Assembly: GCA_012842495.1 (NCBI GenBank)
Contig: DUSS01000045.1
Location: 70,634-134,633 of the forward strand
Source of the DNA: Candidatus Fermentithermobacillaceae bacterium
Lineage (GTDB): Bacteria; Bacillota; Sulfobacillia; Fermentithermobacillales; DUSS01
Length of the DNA: 64,000 nucleotides
Direction: 5' to 3'
The position numbers were made by a program, and so were the translations under genes. This document shows positions 1 through 8,688 of this stretch, one piece after another (within the stretch, counting starts at the first letter, position 1; each line of letters starts with the position of its first letter). The notes beneath the pieces were generated by a model. That model worked only from the letters and a program-made list of their open reading frames with translations, ran no database searches and was not told the DNA's origin.

Positions 1-2
1 AG

Positions 3-908
3 GGAAAGCCATCTCTCGTAACACATGATCAGGCCAGCTACTTCGACCTTTCCCCGGTGGATACGGGGGAAGAAGCCAGGCGGGACATGGTGCTTGCCCT
101 TACCGCGATGGGATTCGATGTAGAAGCTTCCCACCACGAGGTGGCGCCGGGGCAGCATGAAATAGATTTCAAGTACGCGGATTGCCTCACCACCGCCGAC
201 AACATAGTCACTTTCAAGTTCGTGGTCCGCATGTGTGCCATGGAGCACAACCTTCACGCGACCTTCATGCCCAAGCCCATGTTCGGCGTACCCGGTTCGG
301 GGATGCACATACATCTTTCTCTTTACGACGAGAAAGGAAATGCCTTTTGGGACCCGGACGGAGAATATCAGCTTTCGGACACTGCCCTTTACTTCATCGG
401 TGGTCTCATGAAGCACGCCCGGGGATTCACGGCCATTTGTAATCCCCTGGTCAACTCGTATAAACGTCTGGTGCCGGGATACGAAGCGCCCGTGTACGTG
501 GCATGGTCGTTAAAGAACAGGAGCCCGCTCATACGGGTTCCGGCAGCCAGAGGCGACAAGACCAGGATAGAGCTGAGGAGCCCCGACCCTTCTTGCAATC
601 CGTATCTCACTCTCGCGGTGATACTCAGGTCCGGGCTGGACGGACTGAAGAACAAGATTGTTCCCCCTCCACCAGTGTCGGAGAACGTTTACTCCATGCA
701 GGATGAGGAAAGGGAGTCTTTGGGCATCGATGTGCTTCCCGGCAGTCTCCGAGAAGCTCTCGACGCCATGGAGGAAGATCCTCTAATCAGGGAGACCCTG
801 GGGGACCACATCTATTTCCGTTTCCTCGATGCCAAGCGGCTTGAGTGGGACATATACCGGAAGCAGGTTCACGAGTGGGAGATCAAGCAGTATTTCACCC
901 TGTTCTGA
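3..908 (+). CDS. glnA: Glutamine synthetase type I, C-terminal ~300 aa (5' end lies outside the window)
   Basis: Frame 3 is open from the window edge. Translation SYFDLSPVDTGEE...HHEVAPGQHEIDFKY...MPKPMFGVPGSGMHIHLSL...NSYKRLVPGYEAP...RSPDPSCNPYL carries GS-I catalytic-domain signatures. Stop at 906-908. Confidence 0.93.
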   Translation, partial: GKPSLVTHDQASYFDLSPVDTGEEARRDMVLALTAMGFDVEASHHEVAPGQHEIDFKYADCLTTADNIVTFKFVVRMCAMEHNLHATFMPKPMFGVPGSGMHIHLSLYDEKGNAFWDPDGEYQLSDTALYFIGGLMKHARGFTAICNPLVNSYKRLVPGYEAPVYVAWSLKNRSPLIRVPAARGDKTRIELRSPDPSCNPYLTLAVILRSGLDGLKNKIVPPPPVSENVYSMQDEERESLGIDVLPGSLREALDAMEEDPLIRETLGDHIYFRFLDAKRLEWDIYRKQVHEWEIKQYFTLF

Positions 909-1034
909 CACGGGAGTTACCGGGAGGCCGGACGGCTCTCCAGGACCAGGTCTGGAAGCACTGGACCCATGGTCAATGACCGGCTGCGCCTGTTGCCCGT
1001 TCGCTCGCCGACCTGCAGGGGCAGGTTATCGAAA

Positions 1035-1892
1035 CTAGGAACGGGCAATGGTGAGCCAGCGCTCCATGTTCAAGCGAGCCGCCCGCCTCCCGGCCTCGAC
1101 GAGTCTCCTTATTTCTGATGGCGTAGGAAAGGGGGGATGACCGGTTTCGGGTTGTATGACAAGGGAAGCGTAGTCTGCGAGATGTCTTGACGTCGCGTCC
1201 CTCTCCATGATGGCAAAGGTACGGAGCAACACGCCAATTATGCCGGAGACCTCTTGAGGCTTATCCGATTCTGATGAAACGTCCACGGCGACCACTTCCT
1301 CGGCGCCCATCCTCCTCACTTCGTAGGCGGGAACGAGTTCCTTGACGCCTCCGTCCACCAAGATCCTTTCCCCCAGGGCTTTCGGGGCGAATACGACGGG
1401 GATGGAGATGCTGGCGCGGACCGCCTGAGATATGGCAGCGTCTACGATGTACGAGCGGCCCGGTCTCGAGAAGTAAGGTGATGGTGGCGCTTGGGACGTA
1501 AACACTACCGTCTCGCCGGTGACCAGATCGACGCTGACGATGGAAATGGGCAGCCAGACTTCGGAAAGCTTCTTCCCCCGGGTGACCTTGTGGAGGATGG
1601 CCTCGATAATATCCCCTCTGATGAGACCTGCGGCCTTGGACAGCAGCAGAGCGTGGGGACGAGGAAAATACGGGGAAAGTTCCTTTTCCTGTTCGAGGGA
1701 TAGGCTTTCCATCACCGAGGCGATATCGGACAGCGGGATGCCCAGGCCATATAGCGCCGCCACTATGGCGCCGGCGCTGGTCCCGGCGATGCAACACGGA
1801 CGAAGTCCGTTTTCCTCCATGACCTGGAGAACTCCAATGTGGGCAAAACCCAATATGCCGCCTCCGCCCAGGCAAAGCCCCCACTTCGCCAT
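1035..1892 (-). CDS. Patatin-like phospholipase family protein
   Basis: GGGGILGFAHIG (GxGxxG oxyanion loop), GTSAG (GxSxG nucleophile) and VDGG (catalytic Asp). ATG at 1892 has GAGGTG 6 nt upstream. The track start (GTG 1901) has no SD. Confidence 0.85.
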   Translation of the reverse strand: MAKWGLCLGGGGILGFAHIGVLQVMEENGLRPCCIAGTSAGAIVAALYGLGIPLSDIASVMESLSLEQEKELSPYFPRPHALLLSKAAGLIRGDIIEAILHKVTRGKKLSEVWLPISIVSVDLVTGETVVFTSQAPPSPYFSRPGRSYIVDAAISQAVRASISIPVVFAPKALGERILVDGGVKELVPAYEVRRMGAEEVVAVDVSSESDKPQEVSGIIGVLLRTFAIMERDATSRHLADYASLVIQPETGHPPFPTPSEIRRLVEAGRRAARLNMERWLTIARS

Positions 1893-1976
1893 GGCGAGCA
1901 CCTCGTTTTTGAGAGGAAAGTGCGGTAAAATTACCTTATTAATGATACTCAGCCCAGTGCGGAGGCGTTACCGTCG

Positions 1977-3005
1977 GTGTTCGGCAGATCCCATCGCTCG
2001 GTTTTTACGGCATTGCTGATTCTCGCATTTTTCGCTTCCCTGACGGGATGTGCCGGTAGACCACATGCGGGAGAACCCCCCCAACCCGGGAGTTCCAGCT
2101 TGCCCCCGGTTTCAGGCAAAGTGCCCGGTCCGCCGCAGAATGTGCCGCCTCCCAATCCTTCTAGCAAAGATCAGGAGCTTCCTGGGATGGTCATGGTGAG
2201 CGTCGGAAACAATGAAGGGGCGAGACCCCAATCCGGAATCAATGAGGCTACCATTGTGTTCGAGATCCCCACGGAGGGAGGCATATCCAGGTTATTCCTG
2301 GGCTTTACGAGACGAGTGGATCGCATCGGCCCTGTCAGGAGTGCGAGAAAAGCCATGGTGGAGATCGCGTTGGGTTACGCGGCTCCCTTCGGTCATTGCG
2401 GAGCTTCCAACGATGCGTATGCCCTGATCCGGGAGGCCAGGGCGCCGAGTCTCGACGACATAAAGACGGCGGGAGGGTGCTTTTGGAGGGATAAGGCCGG
2501 GGAGCCTCCGGACAACCTTTACACCTCCACGGAGAATTTGCTTAAATTCGCTGGGGCGAAGGGTTACCGGCTGCCGGCGCCACCGGAATTCCGCCGGGAA
2601 GAATCCCAGGGTAAAAAAGCTACTTACATAGAATACGACTTCTCGTGGCTTTCTCGTTACCCTAATGTCGTAAGCTACGTATTCGAAGGAGGCGAGTACA
2701 AACGCTCTCAGGCGGGAAAAGGCCATTTTGACTCTGCTGGGGTCCGCGTGGGGCCGGAAAACCTCGTCTTCATGGAGGTACATACAGATTTCGTAAAGGG
2801 AGAGGCAATTGAACTTAGGCTCCAGCTTTGTTCGGAGGGCAAAGCTCTCTTTTTCTCGGGAGGGAAGGTGAGAGAAGGTACCTGGAGGAAAAAGTCTCTT
2901 GGCTCACCGGTGGAGTTCTTCATCGGTCAAGAGCAAGCTTCATTTGAGCAAGGGCAAATCTGGGTTCACGTCGTAAGGGACATATCCCTCGTTAAATACC
3001 GCTAA
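1977..3005 (+). CDS. DUF3048 (YerB-like) lipoprotein
   Basis: Signal peptide with lipobox LTGC. VSVGNNEGARPQSGINEATIVFEIPTEGGISRL resembles the DUF3048 N-terminal domain. Confidence 0.7.
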   Translation: MFGRSHRSVFTALLILAFFASLTGCAGRPHAGEPPQPGSSSLPPVSGKVPGPPQNVPPPNPSSKDQELPGMVMVSVGNNEGARPQSGINEATIVFEIPTEGGISRLFLGFTRRVDRIGPVRSARKAMVEIALGYAAPFGHCGASNDAYALIREARAPSLDDIKTAGGCFWRDKAGEPPDNLYTSTENLLKFAGAKGYRLPAPPEFRREESQGKKATYIEYDFSWLSRYPNVVSYVFEGGEYKRSQAGKGHFDSAGVRVGPENLVFMEVHTDFVKGEAIELRLQLCSEGKALFFSGGKVREGTWRKKSLGSPVEFFIGQEQASFEQGQIWVHVVRDISLVKYR

Positions 3006-3037
3006 ACGGCGGAAAGCAAGGAGACGGAGGTCTTAAC

Positions 3038-3928
3038 GTGGCAAAGATCAAAGTCGCTGTGGTCGGCTACGGCAATGTGGGACAAGAAGCTTGCAGGTGC
3101 GTACTGGACGCGCCTGACATGGAACTCGCCGGGGTTGTCCGGCGGAATCCAGGGTCCGACCGGTACCCCTTTCCCGTCGTCAACGATGTCGCCAAGCTCG
3201 GACCCGTCGACGTAGCTATCCTGACCATTCCGTCCCGGTCGGTACCAGAAGTGGCACCGCATTACCTGGAACTTGGGATAAACACGGTGGATAGCTATGA
3301 CATCCACGGTGATTCCATGATAAAGCTTAAAAGCACCCTCAATTCCCTTGCCAGGGAGATGGGGAAGGTGTCGGTGATCGGGGCGGGTTGGGACCCGGGC
3401 ACCGATTCTATGGTGAGATGCATCTTCCGGGCGATAGCTCCCCGGGGAGTCACGTACACCAATTTCGGACCGGGGATGAGCATGGGTCACACCGTCGCCG
3501 TCAAAGCGATACCGGGTGTCAAGGAAGCTTTGTCGATGACGCTGCCGGCAGGTTTCGGTCACCACAGACGCGACGTGTACGTCGAGCTCGAACCCGGGGC
3601 TGACCTCGCTGAAGTTACCAGATTAATTAAAGAAGACCCGTATTTCAAAAACGACGAGACCAGGGTCACCGCTGTGCCATCGGTTGAGGAAGTGACTGCC
3701 ATGGGCCACGGTGTCGTTTTACAGCGTTTCGGAAGCTCCGGAACGGCGCAAAACCAGGTGCTGGAGCTCAGGATGAGGTTGTCGAACCCCTCAGCCACGG
3801 CGCAGGTAATGGTGGCTGCCGCCAGGGCGTCTACTAAACTCCAACCGGGAGCGTACACTCTTGTAGAGATAGCTCCCGCCGATCTTCTTCCCGAAGACAG
3901 GGAGACCATCATCAGGACGATGGTTTGA
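3038..3928 (+). CDS. ddh: meso-Diaminopimelate D-dehydrogenase-like oxidoreductase
   Basis: Rossmann start KVAVVGYGNVG. GAGWDPGTDSM and NFGPGMSMGHTVA blocks are typical of DAP dehydrogenase. GGAGG SD before GTG 3038. Confidence 0.72.
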   Translation: MAKIKVAVVGYGNVGQEACRCVLDAPDMELAGVVRRNPGSDRYPFPVVNDVAKLGPVDVAILTIPSRSVPEVAPHYLELGINTVDSYDIHGDSMIKLKSTLNSLAREMGKVSVIGAGWDPGTDSMVRCIFRAIAPRGVTYTNFGPGMSMGHTVAVKAIPGVKEALSMTLPAGFGHHRRDVYVELEPGADLAEVTRLIKEDPYFKNDETRVTAVPSVEEVTAMGHGVVLQRFGSSGTAQNQVLELRMRLSNPSATAQVMVAAARASTKLQPGAYTLVEIAPADLLPEDRETIIRTMV

Positions 3929-4009
3929 AGAGCTTCCGGGGAAAAGTTCGCGATACTTGGATAAAGGCGCAACACAGGGTACGCAAAAAACCGTTGCGGG
4001 CCGAAAAGA

Positions 4010-4041
4010 AGTGCGAAGGGTGGTTTGGGGCCCTTCGCACT
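4010..4041 (-). terminator. Hairpin between convergent ddh and arcC, likely arcC terminator
   Basis: 11-bp stem AGTGCGAAGGG/CCCTTCGCACT. On the minus strand it is followed by CTTCTTTTC. Confidence 0.5.
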
Positions 4042-4065
4042 GCCGTGGGTAATTCACCGTTTGGA

Positions 4066-5007
4066 TCAGGTCCTGGTAACCACCGTTCCCGCCTGTCCTG
4101 ATGCGGCATCGATTGCCCGGTCCAGCGAAGCGATCACGCCAGTCCGCCCACCGTTACGGAGGAAACGGATTATCGCTTCAACCTTCGGTCCCATGCTACC
4201 TTTGCGGAAGTGGCCTTCCGCCTGATAATGCTCAAGTTCTTCGAGGGAAACCTTTCCAAGCCACCGCTGGGAAGGGGTGCCGAAGTTCACCGCGGCGCCT
4301 GGTACGTCTGTCAGAATGAGTAAGGTGTCCGCACCGATATACGCGGCGAGCCGCTCCGCCGCGAGGTCCTTGTCTATGACGGCCTCGACTCCGGAAAGTT
4401 TACCGTCGGGGGACATGATTACGGGGATGCCCCCGCCTCCGGATGCCACGACCAGGTGACCCGCCTCGACCAGCGCCTTTATTGAAGGACCTTCGACTAT
4501 AAACTTAGGGTCGGGGGAGGGTACCACCCTGCGCCAGCCTCTGCCGCTGTCTTCGATCCATGTTTCGCCCGCTTCTTTCATCCTCTTTTCTGCCCAGGCT
4601 CTGCCGTAGAAAGGTCCTACGGGTTTGGAAGGATTCAAAAAGGCGGGGTCTAGAGAGTCCACGATGGTCTGGGTGATTATCGTCGCCACCGGAATATCGA
4701 GCCCCATTTCCCGCAGGCGGTTTCGTATGTACATTTGCATCATGTAGCCGATCATGCCCTGACTTTCCGCCCCGGCGACGTCCATGGGCATTGGCGGCAC
4801 CTGGTCCCGCGCCGCCTCATTTTGGATCATGATGTTGCCCACCTGAGGCCCGTTTCCGTGCGTCACGACGACTCTATGTCCTTGTTTCACCAGAAGGGCG
4901 ATTTGCTGCGCCGTAATGTCCACGTTCTTTCTCTGTTCTTCAGCCGTTCCTCTTTCGCCTCTCTGCAGTATAGCGTTTCCGCCCAGCGCGACAACGAGCG
5001 TTGCCAC
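4066..5007 (-). CDS. arcC: Carbamate kinase
   Basis: VVALGGNAIL...VVTHGNGPQVGN...ASGGGGIPV are carbamate kinase signatures. GTG at 5007 has GAGGTG 6 nt upstream. The track start at 5016 lies inside that SD. Confidence 0.9.
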   Translation of the reverse strand: MATLVVALGGNAILQRGERGTAEEQRKNVDITAQQIALLVKQGHRVVVTHGNGPQVGNIMIQNEAARDQVPPMPMDVAGAESQGMIGYMMQMYIRNRLREMGLDIPVATIITQTIVDSLDPAFLNPSKPVGPFYGRAWAEKRMKEAGETWIEDSGRGWRRVVPSPDPKFIVEGPSIKALVEAGHLVVASGGGGIPVIMSPDGKLSGVEAVIDKDLAAERLAAYIGADTLLILTDVPGAAVNFGTPSQRWLGKVSLEELEHYQAEGHFRKGSMGPKVEAIIRFLRNGGRTGVIASLDRAIDAASGQAGTVVTRT

Positions 5008-5156
5008 GAACTTCACCTCGCAGGTTCATGCATTGATGAATATTCCTTTTTGCATATTCGATATGTCTGCCGGAGATACCTTCTGAAAGCCAGAACGGGT
5101 CTCGCGATTCTCCTGAGTGCGTGCAAGCGTGAGAAAAATGCACTCATATCATCACG

Positions 5157-6353
5157 TCACACGCGGCCGAAGGCCTTGAGTAGTGCTCTGACGAGACTGT
5201 CCCATACGACCCGCAGGACATTCCCCTTCGGCACATCTTCTTTAGCTATCAGCGGGGCACGTCCGACTTCCTGACCGTCCGCCGAGAAAACTACCTCCCC
5301 TACAACTGTGCCTGCCTTGATTGGGGCGACCAGGTCTTTCTTCAAAATCACCGAGTAGGTGAGAGCACCCTCCTTGCCTCGAAGAACCGTTCCGCCCATC
5401 TCGTAAGGAGCGATTGCCCTGGCATACTTGCCCTTGCCCTTCCAGACTCTAGCTTGCCCCATTTCTGTTCCGGGCTCCGCGACCTTGACGTACGTGAAAT
5501 TGCGATAAGCGTAATCCAAGAGTGTGGCCGCGAGATCGGCCCTTTCACTTTCCCCGATTTCCCTCGGTTTCCCCTTGGCAGCTCCTAAGACTATAGCTAT
5601 GACGTCAAAACCATCCCGCTCACACGTAGCGGCGATGTTGAACCCCGCCGCGCTGATGTGTCCCGTCTTCAAACCGTAGCAACCCGGGTATGACCAGAGG
5701 AGCTTATTGTAGCTCAAGAGGATTATTTCGTGTTCTCCCGGAGGGGTGTACCTGAACTCCTTTATCGAGTGGTATGGCTTGGCTTCGGGATGATCTCTCA
5801 AGTATGCTCTGGCCAAGGTGAGGAAGTCCCTGGGGCTCATGCGGTTTTCCTCGGATAGTCCGTGGGGATCGACGAAGTGAGTCTTGGTAAGACCGAGCGC
5901 CCTGGCTTTCTCGTTCATCATGGCTACGAAACTTTCCACGTTGCCGGCCACGTGCTCCGCCACGGCTACGCACGCGTCGTTCCCAGACGCCACCGTAATC
6001 CCTTTCACGAGGTCTTCGAGTTTGACCGTGGAGCCAACCAGGACGAACATCTTGGATCCCTGAGTGGACCAGGCTCTTTCGGATATCTTCACGTCGTCGG
6101 AGAGAGAGACTTTGCCTTGCTTGATCTCATCGAAGAGGATATAGAGAGTCATGATTTTCGTGAGACTGGCCGGGATAAGGGCCTGATCCGGGTTTTTCTC
6201 TGCGAGTATCCGGCCGGTTTTAAGATCTGCGAGGATGTAAGCATCAGCGGGGATCTCCGGTGGAGCCGGCTGGGCCACACTCCACCCGGGTTTGAGAACA
6301 GTGAAGGCCAGAGCAATGGCTAAAACCAACCCTGAAAACTTGAAATGACGCAT
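5157..6353 (-). CDS. D-alanyl-D-alanine carboxypeptidase (S11, PBP5/DacB/DacF-like)
   Basis: Signal peptide MRHFKFSGLVLAIALAF. Motifs SxxK (SLTK), SGN and KTG are present. ATG 6353 is preceded by GGAGGGG. The 566-aa track ORF adds a low-complexity translation of a T-rich promoter region. Confidence 0.88.
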   Translation of the reverse strand: MRHFKFSGLVLAIALAFTVLKPGWSVAQPAPPEIPADAYILADLKTGRILAEKNPDQALIPASLTKIMTLYILFDEIKQGKVSLSDDVKISERAWSTQGSKMFVLVGSTVKLEDLVKGITVASGNDACVAVAEHVAGNVESFVAMMNEKARALGLTKTHFVDPHGLSEENRMSPRDFLTLARAYLRDHPEAKPYHSIKEFRYTPPGEHEIILLSYNKLLWSYPGCYGLKTGHISAAGFNIAATCERDGFDVIAIVLGAAKGKPREIGESERADLAATLLDYAYRNFTYVKVAEPGTEMGQARVWKGKGKYARAIAPYEMGGTVLRGKEGALTYSVILKKDLVAPIKAGTVVGEVVFSADGQEVGRAPLIAKEDVPKGNVLRVVWDSLVRALLKAFGRV

Positions 6354-6457
6354 CAAAAACCCCTCCGTATCTTCGCAGGTAATATTATCATTGAGACGAG
6401 GAAAGAAAAACAAAAGGGAAAAAAACAAGAGGTAAGAGCACAAAGCAAGAAGGTCGA

Positions 6458-6483
6458 AGCAAAAAGCAAAAAGCAAAAAGCAT
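6458..6483. repeat. AGCAAAA heptamer, about 3.5 tandem copies, in an A-rich divergent intergenic region
   Basis: agcaaaa agcaaaa agcaaaa agca read directly. It is embedded in a 160-nt A-rich (T-rich on minus) spacer between the dac gene and the DUF523 gene. Confidence 0.6.
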
Positions 6484-6516
6484 AAGGCGCATGTTAAGGG
6501 TAAGGAGCGTTTCCAC

Positions 6517-6999
6517 ATGTATATCGTCTCTTCGTGTCTCCTGGGATATCCGTGCCGGTACGATGCCAGGTCGTGCCCTTTTGAATTTCTCACCGGAAAG
6601 GGCATCAGAGAGTTTTTGATCCCCGTGTGTCCGGAGGTCCTGGGTGGCCTTGGCATTCCGAGACGCCCTGCTGAGGTCCGGGGAGGCGACGGCGACGACG
6701 TGCTGGCCGGTACGGCGAGGGTTCTGGACATCTCCGGGCGGGACGTAACGGAGGAGTATCTGAAGGGAGCCTGGATCTCCCTGGGAATCGCTTTGCAGTC
6801 GGGGGCGAAAGCGGCGATACTCAAAGCCAGGAGTCCTTCATGCGGACCGGGTTCCATCTACGACGGCACATTTTCGCGTACGCTCCGTCCGGGAGACGGG
6901 GTTTTTGCGGCGCTCCTGCGGAGGCACGGAATCGAAGTTTACTCGGAAGAGACCGCCCGGGAGGTCCTGGGACAGTTGCGGCGATCATCATGGTCGTGA
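6517..6999 (+). CDS. DUF523 family protein (TudS/2-thiouracil desulfurase-like)
   Basis: SSCLLGYPCRYD...PVCPEVLGGL...ILKARSPSCG is the Cys pattern typical of DUF523. AAGGAG SD lies 9 nt upstream. Confidence 0.75.
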   Translation: MYIVSSCLLGYPCRYDARSCPFEFLTGKGIREFLIPVCPEVLGGLGIPRRPAEVRGGDGDDVLAGTARVLDISGRDVTEEYLKGAWISLGIALQSGAKAAILKARSPSCGPGSIYDGTFSRTLRPGDGVFAALLRRHGIEVYSEETAREVLGQLRRSSWS

Positions 7000-7024
7000 C
7001 TCTCCCGGGCGATGGGTAGCACCA

Positions 7025-7507
7025 TCAGGACCGCGGTTCGCCCTGGTCCGGTCCCGTTTCACGCTCCACCGGAATCCGGCGCATTCCGTCGCTGTCCGAG
7101 AGACGCTTCGGGGCCGTGATCTTCAGGACGCCGTCCTTGAAGGCAGCTTTAGCCTTATCCGCTTGGACGGGTGTGGGGAAGCTCACGGTCCTCGAGAATT
7201 CCCCGAACTGCCTTTCCCTTAGATAGTAGTCGTCTCTCTGGATGTTTCCTTCTTCGGTCCGCCTTCCTCTCAGGTGAACTCCGTGCGGTCCCACCTGGAC
7301 CGTAATATCCTCGGGACTGTATCCAGGTACTTCGGCTTCGACCACGACGTGGTCCTCGGTCTCGTACAGATCAATGCTGGGGCCTCTGCCGAAACCCCAA
7401 CGCCCCCAGTCGCCCGTGAGGTTCCAGTCCAGGAGATCGTTGAAGAGACGTCCCCAGTGAGGCCACTGCCGACCCCAGGGTTCTATGTCCCTACGTCTTT
7501 CCAGCAT
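7025..7507 (-). CDS. Hsp20/alpha-crystallin small heat-shock protein
   Basis: DLYETEDHVVVEAEVPGYSPEDITV...FSRTVSFPTPV...KAAFKDGVLKITAPK is an alpha-crystallin domain. GGGAGGG SD. Confidence 0.92.
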   Translation of the reverse strand: MLERRRDIEPWGRQWPHWGRLFNDLLDWNLTGDWGRWGFGRGPSIDLYETEDHVVVEAEVPGYSPEDITVQVGPHGVHLRGRRTEEGNIQRDDYYLRERQFGEFSRTVSFPTPVQADKAKAAFKDGVLKITAPKRLSDSDGMRRIPVERETGPDQGEPRS

Positions 7508-7641
7508 GATTTTCCCTCCCCAGCAAAGGATTCGCCGAGACTAGGGTGTACATGAGGAAAAGCCCTTATCCGCGGTCAGGACCGTTTTGCTGAGTAAGAG
7601 GACGCGGGGGGCGAAGAAATCGCAGACCGAAGAAAAAGAAC

Positions 7642-7728
7642 TGGTGCCGAAGGTGGGAGTTGAACCCACACAGGCGTAAGCCTACGGCGCCCTGAACACC
7701 GCGTGTCTGCCATTTCCACCACTTCGGC
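7642..7728 (-). tRNA. tRNA-Leu (anticodon CAG), class II with long variable arm, CCA encoded
   Basis: Minus-strand read GCCGAAG-TG-GTGG...: acceptor GCCGAAG/CTTCGGC. Anticodon stem CGGTG/CGCCG with loop TTCAGGG. T arm GTGGG-TTCAACT-CCCAC. 3' ACCA. Confidence 0.9.
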
Positions 7729-7781
7729 ACCTTGTGCAGCCAATAGTCTAGCACAAACCCGGCCTCACGCCAATACCCGTG

Positions 7782-7916
7782 TCATTCTTCCTTTGCGGCC
7801 CTTCCCACGTAGTCCCTTATCAGGGCGCCTGCCCACATTGCTAAAATCACGAGAGCTATGTGTCCGAGCCACCATCCCAGGGTAAACCTTGCGGACAAAC
7901 CCTTCTCTTCGTCCAC
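7782..7916 (-). CDS. Candidate 44-aa single-TM membrane peptide (below the ORF-track size cutoff)
   Basis: GGAGGTGA, then 3 nt, then GTG. Translation VDEEKGLSARFTLGWWLGHIALVILAMWAGALIRDYVGRAAKEE has one hydrophobic helix flanked by charges. Confidence 0.35.
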   Translation of the reverse strand: MDEEKGLSARFTLGWWLGHIALVILAMWAGALIRDYVGRAAKEE

Positions 7917-8036
7917 ACCGGTCACCTCCAGACTCTATGATTCCCCGAGGGTTCGAGATATAAGAGACGTTTGCCTTCGCCGAATTCGGCTTTCTCCCAC
8001 GGCTTCATGGCTCAGGCTTGTATGCACGAGGGGTTA

Positions 8037-8064
8037 TTGACATATATTCAAAATCCGATAGAAT
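8037..8064 (+). promoter_or_regulatory. SigmaA-type promoter for the DUF134/Mrp/NifX-like cluster
   Basis: TTGACA (8037-8042), 16-nt spacer, TAGAAT (8059-8064). It sits about 35-60 nt upstream of the first candidate start codons. Confidence 0.6.
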
Positions 8065-8097
8065 AGCTGCGGAAGACAAAGATGCCGGACCGGTTGT

Positions 8098-8664
8098 TTG
8101 ATGAAAAGGGGGGAACTAAGTGTGCCGAGACCAATCAAGCCGAGATGGGTCGAGTTCCTTCCCAATGTGACTTACTTCAAGCCGGCGGGCATACCGTTAT
8201 CGGTTCTCGACGAAGTGTCCCTTGGAATCGATGAGCTCGAAGCTCTCAGGCTCAAGCACGTGTTAGGTCTCGAACAAGAAGAGTGTGCGCAAAGGATGAA
8301 AGTTGCTCAGAGCACTTTTCAAAGGATCCTTTCGTCTGCTCATTCTAAGGTGGCCCGAGCCCTTGTGGAAGGGAAGGCAATCCGCATTGCCGGAGGGCAT
8401 TACCGCTTCCCGTTCGCGTGGGTCTCGTGTCCAAAATGTGGACATCGCTGGCAGGTTCAAACGAATGCGTCTGTGCTTACCTGCCCTTCGTGTGGGAATC
8501 CCGTTACGGGGCCGGATTCGAATCCGGAGGTGACAAACACCGAGCCGGGTGAGACGGTTGTCCGCGAGGAACCTTTCCACGTACCTCCTACCGGTTCGAT
8601 GGAACCGGGTCACGGGCGATGCTGGCGAGGAGGCCGGGGGAGAAACCGCGGGAATGGCTGGTAA
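8098..8664 (+). CDS. DUF134 (UPF0251) putative DNA-binding protein with C-terminal zinc ribbon
   Basis: PRPIKPRWVEFLPNVTYFKPAGIP...LGIDELEALRL...QEECAQRMKVAQSTFQRIL is a DUF134-type HTH, then CPKCG-x17-CPSCG. The alternative start GTG 8122 (VPRPIK) fits the usual DUF134 N-terminus better. Confidence 0.8.
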   Translation: MMKRGELSVPRPIKPRWVEFLPNVTYFKPAGIPLSVLDEVSLGIDELEALRLKHVLGLEQEECAQRMKVAQSTFQRILSSAHSKVARALVEGKAIRIAGGHYRFPFAWVSCPKCGHRWQVQTNASVLTCPSCGNPVTGPDSNPEVTNTEPGETVVREEPFHVPPTGSMEPGHGRCWRGGRGRNRGNGW

Positions 8665-8688
8665 TGAAACTCTCAGGAGGCATAGACA

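Noticed and set aside
5017-5156. Possible ArgR/AhrC ARG box (TGAATATTCC...TGCATATTCGA) upstream of arcC
   Set aside because: Aligning either half to the 18-bp ARG-box consensus (WNTGAATWWWWATTCANW) gave too many mismatches. There is no arcA, arcB or arcD context.
6354-6857. N-terminal 167 aa of the 566-aa track ORF (5157-6857, minus)
   Set aside because: It translates the T-rich low-complexity spacer (LLFAFCFDLLALCSYLLFFSLLFFF) and overlaps the DUF523 gene on the opposite strand. The signal peptide and GGAGGGG SD place the real start at 6353.
7566-7754. 62-aa minus-strand ORF
   Set aside because: It is the translation of the tRNA-Leu gene and its flanks.
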